Of a stretch of 64,000 bases of DNA, positions 13,646 through 24,370 are shown one piece after another. The stretch's first letter is position 1, and each line of letters opens with the position of its first letter. The notes beneath the pieces were generated by a model. The model had not been told where the DNA came from, made no database searches, and was given only the letters and a program-made list of their open reading frames with translations. The position numbers and the translations under genes are program-made. The DNA comes from Schmidtea nova. Lineage: Eukaryota. The stretch is from contig CM097882.1 of assembly GCA_044892505.1 (NCBI GenBank), positions 224,936,001 through 225,000,000 of the forward strand. Reading direction: 5' to 3'.

Positions 13646-14134
13646 CTATAGGGATTGTAGGAATACTAAAAGCAAATCAGATTTTATTAATAGAAATTGA
13701 TCGCTAATTGATAAGTCGGTTTTTCGCAACCGGAAATCTTGACCGATGATAACAAGAGTTGAAATGAGCAAGCTCCATGACAGTCCGTATTGATTGATTT
13801 CTGGTGGTGGCGAATAATCCTTTAATCGAGATTGATTGTGATCCAATGTATTGATTTGTAGATTTTTTGAGTTAGTCATTTCAGATTTGTCTGGAAAGTA
13901 TATTAATATTGATCCAGTTGTTGACAAGCATCTTCCAGTTTGTACAGCTTCTTTACGCATTCCAGTAGGAAAACATTTCTGCAATCTACTGAACTGGCAA
14001 TTGTTCCTTCTTTGAATATCGACTACACAATCTCCACTAGAGTAGAACTGATAATTGTTGTCATTTGATGAAAATGAGTCACTGTGAATGTCTTGGGTGA
14101 ATGGGTATATCGAATCATTGTTAACAGCTTGCAT
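13646..14134 (-). pseudogene. Nuclear receptor remnant (NR2/COUP-TF-like), first zinc finger missing
   Basis: GDCVVDIQRRNNCQFSRLQKCF.TGMRKEAVQTGR (second finger and T-box, two Cys lost); LBD signature DLSISDQFLLIK; no introns over this span. Confidence 0.75.
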
Positions 14135-15802
14135 TTTGTTTTTTTTTGATCAGCATGAAAGTGAAAATATGTAAATATTAAAACAACATCTATAATTTTA
14201 CTCCATTTAATAATTAATTTATTTATAAAATTGAAAATTTAATCTAAGGCACTACAGGGATCATAGTTTTTTGATTAACAGATCAAATATGATGTGGATT
14301 TTGATCGACCTACATTGATTTCGGCTGTTCTATATTTTAACTGATAATGGAAGCACGCTTGACTGATTTATAATTTTACTAATGTTTATTTAAATATTTT
14401 ATTGATTTTTTTAGATTTTAGATAATTTGCAATCCTCTTATAGCTTCAGCTCTCCAATGGAATTTTTATTCATTTCTTGCCCTTGTCGAATTGGAGGGAA
14501 AAAATCTTTTTATGTTTTATGCTCTATAATATATGTGAGTTTTTATATGTTTGTCTTATTATTTTTTCATTATACATAAATTAAGAAAAGAATAATTATC
14601 GGATCCTCTATTTTTGAGGAACCTTTTATTTAAAGCGTAGTGATTTATATGAATTTGATTTTGACCTTTTACTTTCGGGCCTTTTACCGAAATAGAATCT
14701 TATTTTTACGCTAAAATATCAATTAATTCTTGATATTTCATAATAGACAACAATTGAAAATGTTTTCATAGTTATTACTGATATGCATATCAATATCGTA
14801 TGGTATATCTTTACACGATATTCCAATCTTTATTCGTTTTATGAAAATGAAATCGAAATTTAACTGATAATTATTTTAATGCATGAAGCTTTTCTATAAA
14901 TTATTGCTTCAACACAGATTCTGTTTGCTGTCACTCTTGAAGTACTTTCTTCGTTCACACTTTTACATTCCTATAATATCTTTGTCAACCTTGTCAAAAT
15001 AATTTCACACATATTTTGTAGCTGTGTATGTTCCTCATATTTTAATATTTACTTTGAACAACAACAAAAATAATTCTTTTAAGGAAGCAAACTTTTTATT
15101 ATGTGGACATTATGTATGATCCTGCGACCGTCCCTTTACATCTACGTAAGTATGAGGCTGGACTTCGATGTCTCGTCGACACCATGGGATTGGACAGTTT
15201 GACAGAATTCACTCTATATCTGAACCCATACTGACGTTTCTGCATTGCAACAAGCTGGAGATACTCACAACTAGTAAGCAACTCGGAAGGTCAAGAAAAT
15301 AAACAACAACAAAAAATTCATTTATACACATACAGTGATTTTGCTCCTTGACTGAGAATACATCGATCTTTGAATAAGATTTATTGAATATTGAAAAAAT
15401 GAATCAATAAAAAATATGAATAGCTGGGGCATGAGCCGGTACTGATGTTGGGCCAGACAAATCATCGATAGTCTAAAAGAAAAATAAAATCAATATAAAT
15501 GAATAATATAAAAACAATAACAATAAATAACCAAGTATCAGCAATTCAGCAATATGCAGCAGAATCTGAAATTAACGAACCATGAATTAAAAAAAAGTAA
15601 TAACAATAAAAACTCACCCATGCGGAATAACAATAACTTGAAACTCTGACAAGGCGTGGGCAGATATCACCGAGAATCTACAATAAAATAAATTATAACA
15701 AAAAGATTCACGGATGAATAAACAAAAACCTACCGAATTAGGTACACATAGAAAAACATTAAAAATGAAATGCACACAATATCTGCATGCACACTAAATT
15801 CT

Positions 15803-15984
15803 GATTGGCTTGCCGGCAACACAATTTAGTATAAATACGGCAGCCAAATTCAGTACAAGAGTCAACTTTTACCAAGAGGTCATTCTCACTAAAGAGACAT
15901 TTTTACCAAGTGTCATTCTTCAAGGGATTAGCAATTGTCAGAAAACCATTGTAAATCGAGCTATTGTGGAAATAAAAGGTACGT
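15803..15984 (+). promoter_or_regulatory. CCAAT box, TATA box and first splice donor of unit A
   Basis: GATTGG 15803, TATAAATA 15830, AATAAAAG|GTACGT donor at 15979; same order in unit B (26157, 26183, 26291). Confidence 0.65.
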
Positions 15985-16739
15985 TGGTTTGAATCTTATT
16001 ATTATTGATAAACCCTCATGATAAAAATCAAATAAGTTGTCCCGAAGGTCATCTGATCTGACGGGATCTCGGGCCTCTCAGCGCAACACTTTCTTATGTG
16101 AGGGCTGATGCGGCGAGAGAGATAAGCGACTAAACGGGGGAAGGGTGCACGTAGACATCGATAAATCCTGCGGTAACCGAATGTCATGAGGATATGCCAG
16201 AGATCGTAAGTATATAGTACCCTACATGCAGATGATTCTATCCCCGATTTTACACAGAAATGATGCGGAGTACGAGCTGCATGCACAGTGGATAGGTAAA
16301 CCCATATCGATGCCAAAGTAAAATTAGTCGTATTTCGAGCGGATGAACACTAAGGGGGGAGAGATGATAACCCATAATAAAGCGACGTTAAACAATTTTA
16401 CACATCGAAATCAGACTAAGCACATAGTTTAAACAAATCAACCTACTAAATCGATAGATGATAGTCTGAATTATGACCAAAATTGTGTAGTAAAAGTGTA
16501 GGTCGACTACATAAAAATTATTAGAACAGTAACTGGTAGCTGATCAGACATTAGAAATAATAAATTTAACTCAGTGTCAACAACCGACGATCTTAAGTAA
16601 GTTTCGATTTAATTACGTATGCATAGATATATGCTGAGTATGAGCATGAGGGATGATGAGGTGAACGTGATTGTGGATGGGATGGGATGATGGATTACCG
16701 TGGTTGAATCATGTCTTATCTACGTTGTAACTCCAGATC

Positions 16740-17303
16740 ATGCCGAAAAGAACCCAGATCAGTTACCACTGTCAGTCGAAAGTGAGGAGCATCATAGGTG
16801 CCCCAATGAAGGGAGATATTCCAGTGGCAATCAGAAATGTGGCCGAGAGACATATGCGAGCCTAGAGACGCCGGCATGTCAACATGAGAGCGTCCACCGG
16901 TGAGACCATCTATCATTATCGAATCCGATTGGAAAGCGACTCCTTCTGGCCGGATATGAGAGACAACCATGCCACGACCTCACTAATGTGGTTCATTCAG
17001 TTCGAGGACGACCGAGGGAAAGTTCGCTGGATACTAACCTTCGTCCAGATTCCTATCAATCTCTTCCAACAGCTGGGATACATCTTTCTCAGTCCACCGA
17101 GGTGCAATACAATGGGAGAATCGCGACCCTACATCGACTCTCCAGGACACCGTGACATGCACCAAGAAGTATGGAGTCCGGAAGTAACACTACGGGAAGT
17201 GTTCATATACCATGACGAACTATGTTGGATTCCATGTCCCGTTTTCTATTATCCCGACGGAACCGGCAGAGAAGATAGAACTTGCGACCAAGATTGGATA
17301 TGA
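16740..17303 (+). pseudogene. Novel ORF1, copy A (187 codons, one TAG at 16863)
   Basis: ATG 4 nt after acceptor CTCCAG; MPKRTQ...ERHMRA*RRRH...WFIQFED..RWILTF..LGYIFL.PPRC..G E.RPY..SPG..DM..W.PE..L.E.FIY...LCWIPCP; aligns end to end with 27083-27652. Confidence 0.8.
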
Positions 17304-17527
17304 GTATGACGATTGAGTGAAGTCTCGTGTAGATGAAAATAAATTAGTTAATTTTGTACCTCTTTCTGTTGAATGCATGAAAGGTGTTGAACTGAGGTCT
17401 GGGTTTGATAGATTAAAAGTGTGATTGTGATCGATGGGGGCTGGAAGTGGGAAACGAAAATAAGTTAGACGATTTTGCTACCCTGAATCTTAGAACGAAT
17501 CGAATAACCCACTCAAATCTCTTTTAG

Positions 17528-18085
17528 GTGAATCCGGCTACTAACAATTCCAGTGGGTAAGAAGTACGCTCGTTACGACAACGTATCAGGGCCTTGGAGA
17601 GCCTCGTGAAGCGGCAGGATGCAGAAATAAGTGGACTACAAACGACCTGGTTCAGTCCCGAACCGGTCAAAGAAATCCAAAAACGCCGATACCGAGCAGA
17701 GCGGGCTCTAGAGGACCAGACCCGTGAAGTCGCAGCCACCAAACTGGACCTCAGTAATTACTTAAGAGCCTCCGCGAAAGACTTCGTGACGCAACAATTG
17801 AGACCATTGATTCTAACAAGCACGTTCAATCGTTGGATCGAATCGGCTAGCGTATCGAACGGAACACAAACCAATACGGGCTCTGACTTTATAAGAGAAC
17901 TTCCAAGACAAGTTCCCCAACCGGAGGGATCGAAACGCACCAAGAGAAGGAACCACCTAGGCACTAAGAGGCGTCGAGAAAGACGAGCATACCCGGAAAG
18001 GATTGGGATCGAAGTGGATCTCTTGAGCGGGTTGACAGAAAGGCAATTGTTGGACCTAATCAATCCTGATGTATTACTGGATTAA
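17528..18085 (+). pseudogene. Novel ORF2, copy A
   Basis: Follows acceptor CTTTTAG; coiled-coil-like N-half, TTWFSPE, TQT, Arg-rich KRRNHLGTKRRRERR, Leu-rich tail; TAA at 17558; AATAAA overlaps the stop. Confidence 0.8.
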
Positions 18086-18350
18086 ATAAATGTATTATAG
18101 TTAAAGTGTAGTCTTATGAATGAATGTGGAATGAATGAGAATTTAAGTAAACGATTGATTGAGTATATACAATTCATTAAAAAGCCAAAGGAAGTAAGGA
18201 AAGTAAATCAACCCTAGAAAGAAGAACTATTAGGTAAATAAATGGGGACCGGAATAAAACAACACAAACCTTCTATCGGTAGTGGTGGACCCGTGAATAA
18301 ATAAGGGAATAGTAGCCGCAAGGTTGCTTACCTGCCTTATCATTTCAAAA

Positions 18351-18441
18351 CGTTGATACAGTTTCAACATGATGAGTAGTTAGGGATACATTATGAGTAT
18401 CAGCGGGGGAAGCGTTTTATGTTGGTGAGATTACCCTAACT
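18351..18441 (+). ncRNA. Conserved structured cis-element near LTR end, copy A
   Basis: Outer stem CGTTGATAC/GTATCAGCG, 8-nt 5' bulge AGTTTCAA, inner stem CATGAT/ATTATG, loop AGTTAGGG complementary to CCCTAACT downstream. Confidence 0.6.
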
Positions 18442-19134
18442 AATGACATCAAGCATAATCTTTGTTGTAAAATCTAACCAACAAACCAGCACCGAATAGA
18501 ATAACAGGACGAGCAAAACATCAAACTAACATACTTTGCTCGTTACAAAGTATGATACTTTGTATGAACAGAATGATGCTATCTCTTCAAAGATTTGACC
18601 AGAAATGCGCCTCCGAATATTTTTTTCTCAATTGATAAGAGGTGTTGATCTTTTGTTAACAGTATCTTTAAAATTATCAGAAAGAACCTTGATTATTGGT
18701 GAAAATTTTTACAATACACAAGACTGTTAAAAATAATGAAAATGGCATCACTATACATACATTTTCACAGCATTTAATTAAATGGATGCAGTAAAACAAA
18801 AGCTTCTAAAATGCTTTTTCTGTTGAATTATTTGAATAAATTACTTGAATTTTAATTTATTTAAGAAATATTTTATTTTTACTAAAATATATTTATATTT
18901 ATATATAACATTTAATTATTTAATTTAATAAATTTAATTTTTATCAAAATGTTCTTTTTCATAAATTTTAGCTACTTGAATTTTTTTTACGATTTACTTT
19001 TACATTTTTCATATTTGAGCTATCAAAATTAAAATAATTAATTATAAGATTCTTTTTATTTTTATATTTACCTAATTATCTAATGAATTTTTTAATAAAT
19101 CCTTATGTGTTTCTAATTACTTTTGTTTATTTGG

Positions 19135-19420
19135 TGTTCGCTTAGATTTTTAAGTATACTTCTTGGAGTACCGTTACATGTTGTCACAGATCAATGTGAA
19201 CAATTAAGATCAATTTGAATTTGAAATATTCGGGAATATATCGAATCCATATGGCTTTAAACGACTTCAAACTGTAGCATATCATTTCTAAAAGAATGGA
19301 ATTATCTAGAGGTATCATAGCACTTTAAAGAAATCGCTGAAGACACTATCAAGAAAATATGATTGGTTGAGAGAGTTAAGATTCGTACTTTTGGTATATA
19401 GAAACACATATTCCGATACA
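19135..19420 (+). pseudogene. Ty3/Gypsy integrase core fragment
   Basis: GVPLHVVTDQ..QFE..F...GFKRLQTVAYH..NGII.RYHSTLKKSL. Confidence 0.85.
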
Positions 19421-20690
19421 ATCAAAGTGGTGGGTTGTTGACCGTCAATATGACCTTGAAGTTGCTATGGCTCACACCACCAACTCAAAATTTGTCCGCG
19501 CCGGTATTTCTCGGGCCCTTCCGTCAGATCGGTCTTTAAATCACTTGATTTGCGGTGTCTACAACGAGTATTACCTTATTTGTAGTTATTAAAAACAGTT
19601 ATTTCAAGCAGGCAAAGGGTTATTGATCCCAGAAATGAATTCATACACTTGTATTCATACACAATTCATTCACTTGTATTGATACATTTTATTTTCGTTA
19701 GTATTTGCGATGGTGATATTGGTAATAACCTCAAGTATAGTTTCTTTTTGTTTACAATGTGTGATTGCTATAAATTATTCTACTTTTATTGTTAATTGCA
19801 ATAACTGTATTTTGATGTACCCCTATTGTGTGGGCGATGATTTTCTGCACTTGTATATGTTTTATTTTGTTGAGGAAAGTGATTGTGAGCTGGATTGTGG
19901 GAATAATAAATTTAAAATGGAAATTATGAAAACAAAAAAAATCAATAAATTATCGAAAAACCAATTACTATAGAAAATATTTTGGATTAAGAAATAATAA
20001 GTTTTAAGAAATTGATTAAAAAAAGAAGTTATAAAAGAAACGAACAGATATCAAAAGAAAATTGAATGGACAAAAGAAGGATTGTTTGACTATTTATCCA
20101 CTGTGAGTAATTGTTATTTTTTTCTTATATTTAATTAAATAAAAGTTGTTGTTCGTAAGCTGTTTTTGGTTCTTTTAATCATTTGTTATTTGTTTTAGTT
20201 GTTGCATCCAAACACCCAAACACATTTATATAACATTCACCCCAGCTGTCCCAAGACAGATTTTATCGGAGACTGCTGGGCTGAACAGTTTTCTCTTACA
20301 CATACATTTAATTACATAAATACAAGATTACACAATATAATCATATAATTCCACAATATACAACATCAATCTCAAGTACAATCTGGTCGCTACTCAATTC
20401 GGGAACCAATTATTCCTTTAGAAATACATATATTCGGGAATATTCAATAGCCGTTATTTTTATCTAAATGACTATTATTTTCGTAGTTTTTCCATATTAT
20501 TATGTTTTTCACCTTTAAAATTTAAGTAAACTTTATTTATATCCTAATCCTATTGTCTATCTTGCATTTTTACATTTTTATTAAAAATTTAACATTTAGA
20601 TTTTAAAATTTTGCCGAGGCCTTAGTACAGGCTTTGACTTAGTAAAACTTTCAGTAAAATTTCGGGGTTTTTATCCAACAATATAATTCT

Positions 20691-20870
20691 ATTATTATTA
20701 TCAATAATTCTCATAATGACTATAGATCAAATTTTTTTTATAAAGAATAACACAATATTTCGGCACAGCCTTTGTACACACTTGATAAAGACTGCGCCGA
20801 AATATTGTGTTATTCTTTATAAAAAAAATTTTGATCTATAGTCATTATGAGAATTATTGATAATAATAAT
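20691..20870. repeat. Fold-back (palindromic) repeat family, copy 1
   Basis: ~83-bp near-perfect inverted arms around a 13-bp spacer; followed by AAAAAGATCAAAGGTGAAA..AAGATAATTATG shared with copy 2. Confidence 0.9.
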
Positions 20871-23800
20871 AAAAAAAGATCAAAGGTGAAAAAAAGATAA
20901 TTATGATAATATAATTCTAGTTTAAAATTTCCCTGTAAATTTGAAGTGAACTTGAAAGAAAAATGTAATTCAAAAATTTAATCAAAAATATAATCAAAAT
21001 TTAATTAACCTTGTTTAAAATAACAAAAGCTTTTTTTTTGCAAATATATAAATAATCACAACCTAATTGGTTGTTTCATGTTGCAGCCACATTTTATGCT
21101 TCATACTATCAATTATCGATAGTATTTTTCGATTGGAATTCACAATGGTTAACCGTTGTTTAACTTTTCACATAGTAAATTTTGTGATTTAAATCATTTT
21201 TTTTGATGATTCGATTTAGTTAGGATTTGTATAGAAATATGGATTATTCGCGCTAGAGTATTGATTTTAGATGAACTTCAACAAATGAGTGCTTAGTGGA
21301 TAACATTGGTAAATTGTTAGCTTATGTTGGATGATGAAGGTAAGCCCATCAACACATTCCTCCTATCAGAAAATTATAGTGTGGGGTTCTTCAAATATAG
21401 AGTAAATGTTTATGCGGAACCCGTCAATACAACTATCAATCAAGGAGAAGCAAACCCCAATATCAATTATTCCTTACTATACAATCAATCCCAATACCGA
21501 TCATGACATCAATATCCATCAATTTGACATTTAGTATTCGACACTTGATATATGACTTTTGATATTTGACATTTGACATTATTATTCAATCTATTCTTAG
21601 TGTAAATATTTGATATTATTGTGATTCTTATAACAATTTATTTTAGATATTGTATGGATGTGTTTTTTATTTATTATGAATGTGATCTATTATAAAAAAT
21701 GTATATATTATTAATAATTTTTATTTTTAATAATTGAAATGTATATATTTTACTTGTTAATAAATTATTTTATTTAGACATTATAATATGAAATAAAAAA
21801 TTATTAAATAATTGCACGAATTATTGGTAATAATCAGGACAGGTGGAAACAGGAAATTAAAAAGATTATTACTAAATAATTGCATGAGTTAACAGATGGA
21901 AACAGGAAATTAAAAAATTTATAAATTATTACATGAGAAAAATTTGATATATAAAGGAACGAAAAACTTCAAAAAGTGCCCACAATTTTCTGGAATTCAA
22001 TTTCAGCCTAAAATTATCGAAATTTTTCTCAAAGGGAAATCCTGCGAGAACTTAAATTTTAAGGACAGCACAGAAACGTCCGATACAAGTTTTAGTATAA
22101 AAAAATAAAACATAATACATTTAAAGAAAATAACAAGCACACAATAAGACACGCAAAATAAAAATATTCTTAAATAAATTCCTCAAGACAATTTTTATAA
22201 TTAGAGTGTGGTTGGGTGGTTTAGATTTTAGAAATTGTCAATTGGTAAATTTTTGTTGTTACATAAAATTTTTTTAAGAACTTAATTTTTATTATATATA
22301 GTTAACACCAGTGCACGTTAAGGTCAAGAAATTACAGACCTCAACACTTAATTAAGTTTCTTGTTTCAGTTTGTAGACAATCGGTAGAAGAACTCTCCTA
22401 CCCATGGACAGACCTGTAATTTCAAGTTTTCGATGCTCTATTTTGATCGATTGTACATTTTATGTTAGAATTAATGAAATTCGTCTGCGTTGCTAGCGTT
22501 TGATACTAAATGACCTCCACGTTATGTGACTTCGGTACCAGAATTCCATGTTGACTTCACCATGTCAAAATTCATTCGACAAAGCCACGCGTGTCACCTA
22601 TCAGGATTTTATTTTCACCGAAATTAGATTTTTTATCATTGTGATGAAAATACAATATTGTGTTTTGGATTATTATATCCTGATATTCTAGCTTTTGAGC
22701 GTTTTCAAATAGATTTTTAGATATTAATTCGAATTTCTAGGACATTTCAAGCAGGTTCTATGTGTAATTTAACTAAGGTCAGATGGTCGGGTTAACTCCG
22801 GTATATTAACTTTTGTGTTAAATTTATGAGGGAGTACCATGAATGATAGAGATTTTTCTTGAACAGGTCCAACCGAAATTTTTGGCCTCGATTTCTCATA
22901 AACAGATATTCTAAGGGTAACTATATTTGAGTACAGATTATAGGTCCCTTTTTCGTAACTTGGAGAATTCGAACCTTGCATCAGCTTTTTATATATATAT
23001 GTAACTATTGGAGTACTAAAAATATCAAATTTAAGTATTAACCTTTCTGGGTAGTATGATCGATCGTATAGGCTTTTACAAATGGAATGAGAATTGAATA
23101 TAAATTTCTAGTAAATTGAATCTTATAGAATCTAAAATTTAAGTGTTCAATTTTCTTTGGGATAACAAGACAGTCTATAGGGTGTTGTTGACTAAGGCGT
23201 ATGTTACTTCTGCAAGTAAAACAATTATTTTCATGGGGTTTTATTGGGTGGAACTTAGACTTTTACAAGTAATGTGTCTGATTTTAGGGATGTTTATGCA
23301 TAGATGAATTCATTTTGGGTACATAGGATGTTATCAATTTCAAATAGAATAAGGAATGATATACGATGTTGTGATTTGCAAGGAACTCATGATATGAGGT
23401 GTTTGAAGTTGTAACGAAATTGTGTCAAGGATGTGATTTAAAATGAATTGGTGATGTGGAGTGTTGTAACTTTCAATGAATGTGTGATACGGGATGTTGT
23501 AGTTGCAAAGAGATAATTATGTATTTATTAATGAGATGGTTAATTCTCGGAGTGGTAAATTTGATTGTAAATGATGCTATTGTACGAAATGGGTAGTTTA
23601 ATGATGGATGTGAATGAGCGAATTTTTTGTATGGATTTTCTGGATGTACTATGTTGATGGATGTTAATGAGTGAAACGATGGGTATGTGTATTGGTAGAA
23701 GAATAAATTTTGTATGGTATTAGATATGGATGGTGTTAATGAATGATATGGATGTATTAATTTGCAACTATAATTATTTCGTGATATCGTGGGGGGGGTA

Positions 23801-23992
23801 TTTTACAAAATAATATATATAATAATTTTAGGATTGAAATAATAGCAATACTATTTATAATTTTTCCTACATAATTTTAAATTTAGAATTTTATAAAATT
23901 TATATAATAATAAAAATTCTGATTTAAAAATCTTTATATTTTAATATAATAATAATAAAATTTGCGATTTGTAATTTTAATATTCTAATAAT

Positions 23993-24370
23993 TCAATCTA
24001 TATGAAGAAAAACAATTAATTTGATAAAAGCCGGATAGACATAAAATATATTCAGCATTAACATCGAGGGCATCTTTGACAGTCTAGGCCGCTGATTTTT
24101 ATTGATTATAGATGCAGCATCATGACTCGTTGTTGTGCTGTTTGTTTGGTTTGATCCACTACTTGACATGCTGAAAAATGTGTGTGGCCCTACGAGATAT
24201 GAAATTGGATTGTTAGATTGATCGGTTCGAGCCAACATTTGATTAGATTGTGACGCAGCTGTTTGAGTGGTTTCTGATGGATTCGTTAGCGGCATTATGA
24301 CAATGTTTGGCGATATCATTGATTGCTGATATTGTGAAAATTGATTCATGTTGGTTGGAAGAAATTGCAT
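23993..24370 (-). CDS. Gln/Ser/Thr/Asn-rich ORF, possible exon or captured 5' gene fragment
   Basis: 125-codon open frame of higher GC and low complexity, resembling a transcription-factor N-terminus; no family motif. Confidence 0.4.
   Translation of the reverse strand: MQFLPTNMNQFSQYQQSMISPNIVIMPLTNPSETTQTAASQSNQMLARTDQSNNPISYLVGPHTFFSMSSSGSNQTNSTTTSHDAASIINKNQRPRLSKMPSMLMLNIFYVYPAFIKLIVFLHID

Larger units (their letters stand above)
15446..18491 (+). mobile_element. Giant solo-LTR-like unit A (3046 bp) carrying ORF1 and ORF2
   Basis: Starts TGTTGGGCC, ends AAACCAGCA; flanks CTGA/CCGA (4-bp TSD, one CpG-type mismatch); colinear with unit B along its length. Confidence 0.72.

Noticed and set aside
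18368-18375. ATGATGA as snoRNA box C
   Set aside because: No matching box D or terminal stem; motif absent in copies C, E and F
18378-18441. TTAGGG/CCCTAA as telomerase template or pistol ribozyme
   Set aside because: Single hexamers; copy C has TGGGG/CCCC instead; pistol spacing and core are not present
15148-18552. AAGTA|TG ... CA|AAGTA as a 5-bp TSD for unit A
   Set aside because: The left site lies in a coding-like stretch, and homology with B stops at CCAGCA (18491); TGTTGGG at 15446 fits family ends better
22380-22620. Possible second nuclear receptor fragment (CTIDQNR) on the minus strand
   Set aside because: Too short, frames inconsistent, no second pair of Cys
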